Program-made: the position numbers and the translations under genes
DNA from: Zygnema circumcarinatum SAG 698-1b
Lineage: Eukaryota > Plantae > Zygnematophyceae
Direction: 5' to 3'
Assembly: GCA_037447605.1 (NCBI GenBank)
Contig: CM074814.1
Coordinates: 1-64,000 of the forward strand
Length of the DNA stretch: 64,000 nucleotides
The notes under the pieces: generated by a model
What the model was told of the DNA's origin: nothing
The model's input: the letters and a program-made list of their open reading frames with translations, nothing else
Database searches by the model: none
Shown: in pieces, positions 51,221 to 64,000 of the stretch
How the letters are laid out: each line of letters starts with the position of its first letter
Position numbering within the stretch: the first letter of the stretch is position 1

Positions 51221-54031
51221 TCAGAAGCGCGGGTTCCAGTACGAGCGATGGCCGGGATGCCCTCCCCATCCTCGCAGTGACACAGGGGGGGGACGAGAGG
51301 CGGAGCTGCTGCACTGGACCTCGGCCTCGCCCGCCCTGTCAGATTCGGCCGGCTCCATACAGCTCTCATCCTCATCCTCATCCTCTGGACCGCGGGAGAT
51401 GGGGATTGGCACATGCGTTGGCAATATCGCATGCATGCTTTCAGTGTCAGGCTTGAACCCCAACTGCCCTCGTTCTCCTGATCCGTACGCCAAGACCTGC
51501 AGGATCACAAAAAGAATGAAATAATTAAACTGCGGACTACGACCTTGTGGGGCGAATAGAGAGAGGAGATGCGTCGCTGCGTGTACCTCCCCCAGATCAG
51601 TTAAGACCAGAGTGTGCCCTGTGCCCATGGCCGCCTGCACTATGCGATAGCTCGATAACTCGAGGGCTCGCTTCGCTGCCCAGCCGAATGTGTACATGTG
51701 CCCTGTGTCGCTGATTGCGAAGGTGCGCTTGCTGGCAGCTCCCACCTGCATAGCCACTCGGGTGAGTTTGGGAGAATGAACTGGAATTCTATAGAGCAAG
51801 GAGCACAGCCACCTTCAAACGTTTGCTTTCAGTGCGCAACAATGCATTTGTTCCGCGGATGGCTCCCTGAGTACATCATCTGCAAGGAGGCATGGATACC
51901 GTTCAGAAAACCGGTTCGAGTGGCAGTGCACCTGCACAATGCGCGCTTTGTCGAGACCCTTCACTCGCTGCGGAACCATGGCATCGCCGTAGCCGCCATG
52001 GCCGAGCCTCCCGGAGCAGCCCCACCCCCACGTGTAGACCTCCCCGCAAGCGGTGAGGGCCACTGAGATATCGACTCCGCCTGAAATGGCGATCACATGA
52101 CAGCGCAGCTCTCGCAGGCGCTCCACTCTCTGTGGGCGAGGCTGGTCGTCCCACGTGCCATGACCCAACTTCCCGTTTTTCCCTTCTCCCCAAGTATACA
52201 AGTAGCCGTCTTTTGTTGATGCCAGCATATGATTTATGCCAGCTGCAATTTGGATGACCTGAAAATCGACAAAGACAGACATCTTTAACTATGTTTATAC
52301 GAGTTTAAGCCAAAACTATCCTCTCTCTGCTCCACTCTCCCTGCCTCTCTCCCCCTCTCTCTCTCCCCGTCTTTCTCTCTCCCTGCATTCCTTTCCTATC
52401 CCTTTCCACTCTCTCGTGCTCCATCCCCAAACAATGCAAAACTTAGCCTTTGGCACTTGGTATGCGTGTCAACTGAGTAAATCACATTCACGGTAATCAA
52501 CCACGCCACCCAGCCCACCTGCTTGTCTTCCAAGGCCTGTGCCCGGCGAGGAATGCTTTCATCATGCACAATGCCCTGCCCAAGGCAGCCCTTCCTGTTG
52601 CTGCCAAAGGTGAGAACATCGCCTTCACTCGAAAGAACTGCCGTGAAATCAAACCCAGCAGCTACTTGGACAACCTTGAATTTCACCAATCTCTCAACCA
52701 GCCTTGGAGTATTCACGCTATCCCCAAAAAGTTGTCCAAAGACTTCATCGCCGTGACCACAACAACCTCGTTGATCCATTCCAAAAGTATATACATTTCC
52801 GCCATTTGTACAAAGCACAGTATGCCGGGGTCCAGCTGACACCTGGCGAACTTGCAAACCTCGGAAACTCCCGACTTGCACGGGCCGCCAGACGTTGTGG
52901 CTGTAACCTGTACCTAACCGATAGTCTGCTCCGCAGCCGAATGAGTGCAGGACACCGCTTGGACTAACTACAAGGCTGAAATCGCGGCAGGCGATGACTT
53001 GGCCCCATTTTCGATTTTCTGCTGCGTTCAGCATCTGTAAGACGCAAGCCAGACCAGTCGGCCACAATGAGTAGCATACGTCAACGAAACATGCCAGCAG
53101 TCCGCTTGAGCTGACGCTCAACTGATCTCCTCAAACTTCGGCCCACTCTCTACAATGCACTTGCACCTATGACTTGAGATAAACACTGAGTTTTGGATAT
53201 TGCAACGTGTTCAGCAGGAAGAGTTAACCAATTTTCTTGGTTACATCCGTTAAGGTGGTAAACCAGACACAGGCGAAAGCAGATTGTAAAGGAAGGAGAG
53301 GTAGATGAACATAAATTATACGATTCACCTCCAGATAATGAAGAGTGAGCTTCCACGAGCCTCCACATCGCTGACGTAGCCTCTGTCTGTTGTCTTCCTG
53401 CATGTACAAGATTGGCATTAGTCAACGTCCAGTATTTTTTATGGCTTCATACTTTTCCCCACCTTCTCACTCAAATGGCGGCGAACCATGCCAAGAAAAA
53501 AGCAGGAACAAAGATCAAACTCCAGAGACTGAACGCATTAATCTACCACAGGCATATGATATGCAAACAAGAGACAGAGGGAAACAGAAAGAGCGAGCAA
53601 TGATTTTCCGCGACGTCTTTCTCATTGCCCGTACATTTGTTCTCATATCCTCCATCCCGTCTTTCTAAAATTTATCCTCTAAATATCGTCATATGGTACC
53701 ACAAACATAACTAGCATGTACACATAGAAAGGGCTTGTGAGTTGACAGAAATTCCAAAAAGACTCTGGCACGGGAAAGGACAGTTGCTTACAGAGAGACG
53801 ATTGAACAGAGAGTCCCTGAGGCAGGCTTCCAAGGCTGCCAGCGTAGTGAGCGGCAGCGCCATGGGTAGTTCCCCCACCATCACATCCACTGCCTGCTTG
53901 AACAGCTGGCAGGTCGCCTCACAGACCGCCAGCTGTCTCGCCGAAAGCCCATAGTGCGATAGAAGACGCAGCAGAACCTCGGGAGGAACGTCCAGAAGAG
54001 TGAGCTCCTCTGGAGCATTCAACTTCTCCAT
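51221..54031 (-). CDS. F-box-like N-terminus plus RCC1-repeat beta-propeller protein (Arabidopsis At3g26100-like), 6 exons
   Basis: N-terminus LLDVPPEVLLRLLSHYGLSARQLAVCEATCQLF, then RQRCGGSWKLTLHYL and repeated RCC1 motifs (VSAGPRHT...VYTFG; VAAGFDFT...TFGSNRKGCLG; AAGINH...YTWGEGKNGKLGHG; YTWGWGCSGRLGHG). An in-frame stop lies just upstream of ATG 54031. Confidence 0.88.
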
Positions 54032-55738
54032 TCTTCACAATTCTTGCTCAAAATGTCGGCGATCAGTCTCCTTGTTCTTTACATCATCAACCGCCTCTGT
54101 GGCAATGGAGCGCTCCTCAGGTTCCTATACAGAATTGGGTTTCACAAGGTTCTCTCTCCCATGTCACAACTCGCGCAATAAGTGGAAGAAACTGAAGTCC
54201 GTGAGTTCACTTCTGATATAAGTACGTGCAAAGGCTTGCTGCCCCGAATGTCTCGAAGCGCAGCAGCGTAAGCAGCGGAAACCTCCCTGTTCTCCAGCTG
54301 TGGAAGGGGAAGGAAGGCCCCTTAGTGCAGCGCAGTGGGCCCTCCCTCCCTGCGACCCGCCCCTCGCCAGCGCTCAGCGCTCCCCCACCGCCGCGGTCGC
54401 CCTCCCTTGCTGATAGCGCACGCTCATCGCCTCGCTGCCATTTGTGCTCGTGCTCGTTCTCGTTTCCAAGCTTGGCCGCGTCTTCCCCTCTTTGCTCGGT
54501 CTCTTGTCTCTTGCCTCGTCTTCTGTACTTTATGTACTTTTTCTTTTTCTTTCTGTGGCCCTTTCGGATTTTGCATCGAGAGTATTCGAATGCAGTCAGG
54601 TCCTCGTCCTACCGATGCTGATCGAATGAAAACGCTCCCACTATACAACGCAACTCGAGTACAGTCTGAAGGCCAAGACTCACTCATTCCAGCACCGAGG
54701 GTCAACACAAGGCCAACATCGGTTGCACCTGCCGACGAGAAGATCACAGACTGACTCGCAAGATGTCTGGGGATTAGCTCGGCCTGCAGGGAATGTTTTC
54801 TCTTGGGTTTCGACGATGGTCCTCTGACTCGATCTATTTTTCGTCCCCGGGCGAATTTATAAGTCAAGTTGTTTGAATATCGAGATGTTATTATAGGCAG
54901 AAGACCATTGGGCAGGTCCTACTGTACTCCAGAGCTGTTCAAATGCCGTCCAAGAAATACATTGGTGACTTGTCATCTGGACCAATCCAATCTCCCTCGA
55001 GGGGCTCCGAAGTTTGTTCGTGCCCCTGTGATGCTCGCCGCTGCACAAAACCCTGCTACCTTTACATCCGCGATTCACACGGACCCGCGAGGCAAGAGGC
55101 ACATGCGCGCAACATCATGGCCCAAACAGCTCCGTACGAGCAGTTCTGAATTAGCACTCAAGCTCCCATTCACTCAACACACTCAAGGAGGCCAATCTGA
55201 GCAGAAGCGTGCCATGGCCTGCTTGCAATCTGTGCAGCACGCGTCCCGCAGTCATCCTCCGTACAGTCGATTTACTCCACCATGACAGTAAGGGTCGAAC
55301 AAATCTCTGAGAGAATTTATGGACTGACAAGTGAAAGAGCCAGGTAGCCAAAGTTCCCGCGGTAGCGAAACCGTGACCACAAGCGCAAATATAATACACA
55401 TTCTGAAGGCCGAACAATCTCCCGCGCGGCCCTTGCGTCCGCTGCCTGGCAAGGGGCAACAAGCGCCACGCGGGCATTCCGCTCTGTACGGGAGTCGACA
55501 CGTGCGTTTCGCTAGCATCGTGTTCAACCCCCCCAGTGCTCGATGTCCGACTCCGACCTGAAAACCCTAAAAATTCTAACCATGCTTACGACCTATTTTG
55601 GTAAACCTGTGTCTAACCAATGAGAGAAACGATCACAAAGCCGAAGTGAAGAAGGAAGCATTGTGGCTCGAAGACAAATCCAATGTACATGGGCCGCCCC
55701 TTCAGGTGCAAGCCAGAAGAAATGTTGCCCAGTGCGAC

Positions 55739-58134
55739 CTAGTTGAGGCGCCGCCGCTTGTTCCCAAGAATTGCAGCTTTTGTAATCTCCAGCAGCAGGT
55801 GAGGAGACTTCTCCAGCTCTTCTCCCAGACTTGGTTTAGTATCAAAATTGTCGAGGATAAACTGTTTGCAGACGTCCTTTAGAACAGGCGCACCATACAT
55901 GTCCGCGGTATTCAGAAGAAAACAAACATTTCTCTCACGTACCTGCAACACAGTGCATAGTTACAGTATGTAAAACGCTAGAAAAATAGCATAACTTCAC
56001 AGAGACCGCAGTTACTACAAATACGGGTCATAATGTCAATAGAGAAAACGCTTTACTTCTGAGCTCACACCTTCCCACAAAATTGTACAACAACAGAGTG
56101 CTGTCACAGCTTCCTGAATGGATTTTCTTCTCGATGGCTTCTTCCATGACTTCTTGAAATAGTTCTTCAACGACTTGCGCTCGCTGGAAAACCCAGTGAT
56201 GTAACGATATTGTGATTACTATTTTTAGTCTTTACCTTTCAGGATTTAGGTTTCCAACATATTGCCGTCGAAAAGATCAGGTATGTTCGAGACTGAATCA
56301 TAACACCCATTTCACGAATCAGACGACTGCCAAACTGATTATGCCGACCAGTGAACCACTTTCAATTTTCATAACCAAAACGACTTACTCTGCCCAGAAG
56401 AGCCACCTCACATTCCCGCTTTAGAGAAGGGAGCATATACTCCTCAGCAAGCATCAAGAGCGCAGCTGCCTCTTCTGCCTCTTCCGGCATTTCGACCTAT
56501 TAACACACAACGTCAACCACTCCGTCAAGCCAGCCAGCAACAGAAATAAATAAGAATCCAACGCAATTTTTGCTGCCAACCTAATGTGGGCCAATGAAGT
56601 GCGCACTGTTTGTGTCAACCCATTGGAGGCCTAGGCTGCGGAGCAGAAGCCAAACATCAACGAAAATAGTAACATCAAATTAGGCCCTGATCATCAATTT
56701 ATGCAGAAGCTACACTCCTGCAAACGACACCCTGACAAAAGGTACGCACTTAGGAGTGTTCAGCACAGACAAAGCCCTCCTGTTGGTTGTTTCGGATCAG
56801 AAAATCGCCAAGTCGAGATACTCAATGCACGCAAGAGCAGTTTCCAATTGAAACATAGCATGGAAGACATACTTCGTCCGTGTATAAGTAGCGCAGTAGA
56901 ATTCGCATCAGCTGTGGTTGATGATCAGGCAGCGAAACTTCCTGTTGACGGCCCTCGGCAAAATTCACCGAGAACATTCCGCGAAACTTTTCACTTCTGG
57001 CACACAAGATTGCCTGCACCCAACCATACCGTCTGCTTTACCATTTACTGAGACTTGTACGAGGGAGGGAGGGAGGGAGGGAGGGAGAGTGAAAGAAAAC
57101 GGCTTGTGCCTGACAACATTACGATGCATCGAATATTTGAGTATAAAAAAAAACTGACCAGTAATTCAATACAAAGGGTTGGACAGAACAAACCTTTACT
57201 GCAGGAATCCGCATTTTTTCCCTCCCAACCAGTAGGACAACATCTGCAAACTCAGTGCGATTCAAAAGGTTGGTGAAATCGGCCACCCTGCAGCCGACGT
57301 CCAAAAAACCATTCGGTGCGTTAAAGACATTCAGACCAAGCGTGAAGTTGCACAATTCCAAATACGGTTGACTTCCGCAAAAAGTAGAATATATCCTGCT
57401 TCAAACATGGTTCAGCAAAATGAGATGTCTCAATTCACCTTGAAGAGGGAAACTTTGAAACACGATTGAGAAACGAAGGCTCATGCTTGACAAGGATAAC
57501 GTCCTGATCAATCATGAATAAATCGCTTGCAGAATGCGCATCACCGACTGTCATACCACCGAATGTGAACACAAGTGCGTCTGGTAGCACTCCCACCTGA
57601 TCATCAAAGCCGGAAAGAGACTGTTAGCAGCAGACGTGATGACTGCAAAAACCGCACACTGGATACAGAGAACAGATGATACTCGTTTACCCTGCGAGTG
57701 AACATCATTCATTCCATGGTATTTGTTGAATGACAACAAAAAACGAACATCAAAAGCCAAAAGATACATGAGAAAAGGCCCTGACGAATTCTAGATAGCA
57801 GGCTTACAACCACAGGAATGCACCAAATTGCTGATAAGTTTAGAAAGTCAAAAAGAAAAGGAAGACCACGGTTCAACATTCGACAAAGTGGAGCAACGGA
57901 ATATTAGAAGGAGAATTTGAAAAACAAATGTGACGCCGAGCTTTCCCATGTTTGCGGACTTACCTTTCCTGAAAAGGCACGTTTCAACTTCTTTAGCTTT
58001 GTATTGATGTTGATACGGAACAGCACAGTGGTGTGCTGCTTTGCACGAAGGAGCTTGGCGTCAGCGTCGGCAAAAATATCTTCTTCCGCTTTGACTGTAA
58101 GGCCAATTGCGGCGTTGTTGGCCAAATCCGCCAT
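55739..58134 (-). CDS. SUMO-like (Rad60-SLD-type) domain fused to a BTB/POZ domain and C-terminal helical region, 7 exons
   Basis: Exons 58134-57964, 57596-57439, 57287-57194, 57013-56873 and 56496-56407 are in phase; the boundaries at ~56183-56075 and ~55942-55739 are less certain. SUMO-like: IGLTVKAEE...VLFRININTKLKKLKRAFSGKVGVLPDALVFTFGGMTVGDAHSASDLFMIDQDVILV. BTB: FADVVLLVG...AILCARSEKFRGMF...EVSLPD...LLRYLYTD...LLMLAEEYMLPSLKRECE. Confidence 0.85.
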
Positions 58135-59043
58135 AGCTCTCCCGCAAGCTCTCCAGGGTCTTCCTCCTCCTCCTGCTCCTCTAGACTGGAGCGTGCATGA
58201 AGACGACCCTCCGGAAGGAAGGCCGCGGCGAGCAGGAGCACCGCTGAAGTCGCGAGTCGCGAGTGGAGTCTGGAACTCTCAGCAGCCACAACGCGCCCCT
58301 CCCTCCCTCCCTGGAGCGAAGCAGCGAACAGCACGCGGCGCCGCGCCACGTGGCGACCGCACTGGCTGGGCCCGCGGGAGGGAGGGAGGGAGGGGCCGGC
58401 CACTCGTGGTTCCCCGTCGCGCTGCTTTTGTCCGTGTGCCATCCGTGAGTACGATGTCAATTCCGCTTGGGCTCCCTCACACGGGCCGGGGAAGGTGGGG
58501 GGGGGGGGGCAGACACGCAATTATCGAACCGAAACTTTGGTGGGAGTTGCAGAGTTGCTGTTGTTGTCCTTCGTCTCAATGTCCACTTCCTTCGCTTACT
58601 GTTACTTTTAGTGTCTCGTACCTGTTCTCGTACCCGTGTTAAACAACGGTTTCAGGTGTTCTGTCACTGTTAGTACGCTTTTCAAAAGCCGTTGCCAATG
58701 GAAACAGAGTGCGATAGCAGTCGCTGCTGGGTGCCCGCCTTCTACGACATGCGTGTTCGAGCATGCGCCCATATACATGCATGCGCTTGCACGCAGCCGA
58801 CCAGAAACCATCGTCACAACACGCGTGCGTACAGTCCCCATTAGGACCTCTCAGAGTGCGTGCCCGCCAAGTGGGGTGCGCCCCCACCCCGCAGCGGTAG
58901 CGGCCGGAACAAGGCCGAAGGCAGCGCCAAGAGGCGGCAGCACAGCCCGCAAATTTGCATGACGGAGCCGGCAGACACCACGCTTTCTCCATACACAGAC
59001 ACCACCCATGTCGTAACAAGCAGAGGCCTCTGCAAGCGCAGAG

Positions 59044-62000
59044 TCACCGGGGATTCTTTCTAATATGATAGACGACATGTCTTACAAACTTCTGAGGGTC
59101 GACTTCATAAAAAGCCTTGAACAGGGCAACTACTGCTGGATCCATTTGAATCACTCTATCTACAATCTCGTTTTCCTCCTCCTCGCTTAAGTTCAACGCA
59201 GCCCGCTGTACATCCATTGTTGGAGGAAGCTTCGGCACATCTTGAATCGCTGACTGTGAGGTGCCACCTCTGACTACCGAAGAGCCATCTATACACTGCG
59301 ACATAGTTTCTTTACAAGAGTCATCTGCAAAATCTGATAGCTTTGCGGTACTAACCCTAAAGTTACGGTCTGTGCGACCTCGATAAGTTCCCGAATCATC
59401 TCCCTTTCCTCTCTCGTCAAACATTCTCCTATCTTTGTTCACTTCCGGCTGATGCTGCTCGCCCAATTCGCCAATATCTACACACCGACACCTCGCGCGC
59501 GTCTCATCATCACAGGACTCTGAAGTGTGCCCACAACCACCTTCACTCTTGCCCCATCTTCCCCCCCCGCCAGCTTCCGCTGTGGTGTGCGCCCAACCAT
59601 CTCGGTTCCCCGCCCCTCCCTCCGCCCATTGCGCCGCCGACCCGTACCCACTTGATACACATAACATGTCACAGCTGCTTTGCGGCCCGCCCCATCTGAT
59701 ATCTTCCCCCACATGGAGTCCGCTCTCACCCACCACCTCTCCTTTCGGGACTCTCCTTTTCTCCCTATCGACATCCGTCCCTTCCCCTTGAGGGCCACAT
59801 GAGAGCTTCGCTTCCGACAAAACTCGGGCGACAGCAGAAACCATGAATGCCAACTCCTCGGCAGCAACAGCAGCAGAAGATGCGGTCGGCTGCTGCCCTG
59901 AAGAGGTCGTCGCCTTCTTCTTCCGGCTTCCCCGGGAGGGGAGGGCGAGCTCGTCCGGGTCGCAGGCCGTCCACACCACAAAGCCGAAGTCGGGCACCAG
60001 CGCGAGGTCGCGGGCCCGCCGCAGCGGCTCCTGCTCGCGGCACAAGGGGGAAGGTTTAGGGTTCAGGGCAGACACGCGGAGGCAACGTGCTCCTCAACCC
60101 TCAACAAACGAAAATGGAACGAAATCTTTAGAGGATACTCGGAATGAGAGCACACGAGGATTCACCGAGTTGCTTGAAGATGTCGCATCGAGTGTTTCTT
60201 GGTAAATCAGATAATTCGCAGAGGTGATTCAAGGATGACTTGATGCAAACCAACAAAGAATCGACAAAAGTGGCCCAAAAGAAAAGGGTGACATGTGAAG
60301 GCGCACTCACAAAGAAGTCGTGCGAGGTCGATATCCACATCGCCAGCTGCCGCACGGCGGCGGGCCCTCCCTCCACTCCGTTGGCGGCGGCGATCTTCGC
60401 CTTCACAGCACGCTGCAGCAGAACGACTGTCCCATTCCTTTACTGGCTGAGAAACCAAACAGAACCACTACTTCTCTTCGATACCCTTGTACGCATGCGC
60501 TGCCCCCAGGGATCAGATATTCTGCCCAGTTCACTTATTCGTGCTTATCAATTGTAAAGCTCACCAGATTCGAAATGCGAATTGTGACAGACCGCATAGG
60601 TCCGTCAGGATAATCCGCACCGTTCCGTAGATCCCATTCAATTGTGCGGAATGTTTTACCAAACACCAAAGTCCGCCAATAAAGAGCCACCTGCCAGCAT
60701 TCACAAATGAAACGAAACCTTCATTCCAAATGAAGGTTCAACGAATATGTCAAACAAGAACGACAACTTAGCAACATCCATACTTGTCTGAAGGACAAGC
60801 TGCAACTCACCACACTGGCTCCCCCAAACGAGCGCCAAATGGCCTCCATCTGCGGCACGATGAGAGCTGCGAGAGGTGTTGTTTTCGCGGCGATGCCCAA
60901 ACCCGCAAAGCCTGCAACTGCCCCCGCCGCTCCGGCAGGCGCCATACGCATCCACCTGCATCGCGAGTCAGACGACATTAGGAAAATGCAGCAACATTGC
61001 TGTGGTTGTGAGGCTTATCTTCATTTTTTTTAGCTGCACAATCCGTACTCACAATCCATTTGTGAACGTAAGTGCGACTTATTCCGATCACCAACTCATC
61101 CGCACATGGCCTTCTACCTCCACTACTCTCACTCGCACTCTCACCCCAGTCATCTCAACTCTCTCCAATGCCTGCTCTCGTCCTTCCTCCCCTTTTCTGC
61201 CTCTTATCCCTCGTTTTCCCCTCCTAGTCTCCCATACCCCGCTCCTAAAGTCTGCGCCTCTCCTTCTTCCTGACCCCCCCTCTTCCTAGCCCCCCCTGCT
61301 AGTTTGGGTGTCGACAAGCCTTTCAGCATATCATACCACGAAGGAGGCGCAGGGGAGGGAGCACTAGTTTGCCCAAAGCACTGCGTAACGACGATGTAGA
61401 TTGCGGCAACCAGCAGCAGCGGAGCCACCGTCATGAAGACCATCGTCCCAACCTCCATTGCGGTGCTCTCTTGCGTCGCAGCAATGGCTTCTCCCACCTT
61501 TGTCCGGAACCCTTTGGCCACAGTTCCAAACTTTTCGCCCGGGCAGCCTTCCGGCTCCGCCTGCCCCTCAAAGACACTTTTCTCACTCTCGAGCGCCTCC
61601 CCTCCCCCGCTAGGCGATGCAGAAGAATTCGCTCGTTCCTGCTCCCTAAAGTCTCTCAAAACAGATGTTCCGCGGACCACAAGCTGCTCTGCAAGGAGAG
61701 TGCCAACTGCGGGCAGACTGAAGAAAGCTGGCATGGTTCCCTCATGTTCTCTCGCAGAATCCCGCGAAATTCCCAGTCCCTCAACTTTGGCAGACTCTCC
61801 ATCAAAGGAAATGTCGTTCTGAATCGCAATGCCTAACTCTGTAAAATTCTTCTGGTCAGCGACAGTAATTTTCCCCTCTCTATCAGTCCCATTGTCTTGT
61901 CGATATGCTTCCAAAATATCAAGCCCGAATTCTTCCCAACTCCCGCTCTGCACTTCCGACTTTGTGTTTGCAACATCCCCTATGTTCCCTTGTTGAAGGT

Positions 62001-62514
62001 CTTCTGCTATGGCGCTCATTGCCTGCAGATTTCCATCAACAACCATCCTGCTTGAAGAAGGCTTTCTATCGCCGCCATTTTCTGCTGCATAATGACCTGC
62101 ATCCTCCCGGTCATCAGAAACTTCATGGTTCCTCTCCTCGCTGCCATGATGACCGTCATAAACATGCCCATCTCCGTGTCTGACACCGTTGTCACCAATG
62201 TCTCCATTTCCAACTTCCCATTCATCCGTTACACGAAAGATCCCACCTCCGCCACCGCCTCTAGCAACGCATAATTGGCGGCGAGATTGAATTGCAAACG
62301 ATGGGTGCTTTAAGTAGGCAGAGTAAAAGGAATATATTTGACCGCTAGTTCCTACGTGAGGACTGATACAGTGAAGGTCTTTCAACAGCGCATATGGCAT
62401 TGCGGTACATCTCTTAGTCGGCAATTTTGCAACAGTCAGCTCGACAAGACGTAAGAAACGCTTTTTCCAAGCGGAATTTTCAACCCCTAGGAACGGGGAG
62501 CGGGGCGACAACAT
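59044..62514 (-). CDS. ~800-aa orphan protein with probable transit peptide and two hydrophobic segments, 4 coding exons
   Basis: Exons 62514-61337, 60955-60811, 60412-60311 and 60030-59044 join via GT-AG introns in phases 2, 0, 0 with no stop. Hydrophobic segments TMVFMTVAPLLLVAAIYIVV and AGAAGAVAGFAGLGIAA. No family recognised. Confidence 0.65.
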
Positions 62515-63628
62515 AGGTGCCTGCAGAACACAAGACCATTGGCCGCTGACTACCATGGGAACCCTATCTCTCGGTCTACTGTCTTTTACTCTCTCGACTC
62601 CCTTCCTATTCTTCCATTTCCCTTCTCGTCCACTTTCCTGTTACTTTGAATGCGTCCTTAATTTCTCCCTCACCTTTCTTTCTCTTTCTTTCTCTCTCCT
62701 CTCACCTCCTTCAACCTCCTTCTCTTTTCCGTTCTCCCTCCTACAGGTTCCACCCCCCCTCCCTCGCTCTTTGCCAGTGCTCACCCATCCCCCACATTCC
62801 CCCCCGATGTCCCTCCTCCCCCCACCCCCCACCCCCCACCCTCCCCGCCCCCCCCGCGAGAGAGAGAGAGTGGGCCGAGCGGGAGCGGCAGCAGCAGCAG
62901 CGCGGCGGGCGGGACGGGGGCTGAGCGGGCGCTTCCCCGCCACGCGCTGCGCCACGCGGGAGAGGACCGGCCCGCGCCGCCGCCCGCCACGTGGCACTCA
63001 CTGCCCTTCACATGCCGCCCGTTGCCGGAGCGGCTCCATGTCATTTCTGTTACAGTTCAGCGCCAGTTCAGTCCAGTTCAGTGCCGTGATCATGTACGGC
63101 TTTGTACGGTACGGCGTGTTCGCACGTGTAGCGCTCTCGGCTTGAAGTCGGCGGAAGCGCCTCCCCGCCGCGCATGCTTGCTGCTGCAGTGGAGCTGGAG
63201 GAGAAGCTGGAGCTGGGTGGGTGCGCAGGGGCGGGGCTCAGAGGAGCAGAATTCTGCAACAACGATAGGCGGAAGGAAGGAAGGAAGGAAGGTGAAGCCT
63301 TGAGGGGAATTTCGGACTGCGCACGGGACAGTTGCACGAGCCTCACTTGAGGGGCGCCTGCCGGTGATCGTCCCTTGAATCATTTGAAAGCAACCTGACT
63401 CGCTTGGCGCTTGAATACACTGAGAGATGTCGTCTCACTAATTTTTTTGACACGTATCGGAAGAATTGGCGTCGGGGTGACCATTCCTCGCACCGGGAGG
63501 TGTACGGTTACTTTTTAGTTAGCTTTGCCGAGAATATTACAAGTTGTGCTCGACAGGCATACTTGGTCGGGATGTACTCTAAATTTAGCTGATCTTTGCA
63601 ATCCGTTATTTACTTTCTCTTTTCGAAG

Positions 63629-63810
63629 ATGGCGGAAAACGGGTCATCTAAAGAGAACGCTTCTTCCTCGGCAGCGGAAGTCAGCAAGCCTGCAACTCCC
63701 TCTCTTCGTGAGCAAGGCAACGCATTTTTTAAGGCTGGCAACTATCTCCGAGCCGCAGCCACTTATACACACGCCATTAAGGAAGATCCCACTAACCCAG
63801 CATTATACAG
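63629..63810 (+). CDS. TPR-repeat protein (Arabidopsis At1g04190/STI1-like), first coding exon only; gene continues beyond the window
   Basis: MAENGSSKE...SLREQGNAFFKAGNYLRAAATYTHAIKEDPTNPALY, followed by donor ag|gtaaat. Confidence 0.85.
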
Positions 63811-64000
63811 GTAAATATGCTGTATTGCTTCTTACGTTTCAGAAAACCCGTTTGAATGTGATATTGCGTTTGGAGCCGTCACGCGAAGCAATGGTTCAAG
63901 TGTCTGAACTTCATGAGAATACCATGCCATTATGAAAGATGAGGCTACAGTTTCGCATGTAGGTGATCAACTTGGTTCATTCCTTTCTTTGATCCGTTAG

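Noticed and set aside
51221-58134. A single RCC1-BTB fusion gene (RCBTB1-like)
   Set aside because: The BTB gene ends at its own stop (55739), and the RCC1 gene has its own ATG (54031) with an in-frame upstream stop. The domain order would also be reversed relative to RCBTB proteins.

Overview
Gene-dense, intron-rich, GC-rich eukaryotic nuclear DNA from a streptophyte plant lineage. It is most likely a streptophyte alga such as a Zygnematophycean; this is inferred from land-plant-like orthologues combined with very GC-rich exons and microsatellite-laden short introns. I reconstructed 17 protein-coding genes by hand: CAS, a secreted tyrosinase, a plastid single-TM protein, a 99-aa orphan, SEC61-beta, LHCA3, a cupin_3 protein, glyoxalase II, PTGES2-like GST, PDCD5, SGR Mg-dechelatase, PAO, diaminopimelate decarboxylase, an F-box-like/RCC1 protein, a SUMO-like/BTB protein, an ~800-aa orphan membrane protein and a partial TPR protein. 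The window also holds a hAT-type MITE with an intact 8-bp TSD, a dispersed palindromic 42-bp satellite family, a probable decayed KDZ transposase and several micro/minisatellites. Main highlights: (1) SGR and PAO, the two key chlorophyll-breakdown enzymes, sit head-to-head 776 bp apart around a dense G-box/ABRE cluster. (2) The tyrosinase is not of the plant PPO type and has a ~133-aa Cys-rich insertion in its CuB site. (3) One gene fuses a SUMO-like domain to a BTB domain. (4) Many introns have C-rich 5' ends and G-rich 3' ends with no polypyrimidine tract. All homology calls come from motif recognition from memory, not database searches. I recognised no rRNA, tRNA or CRISPR array.
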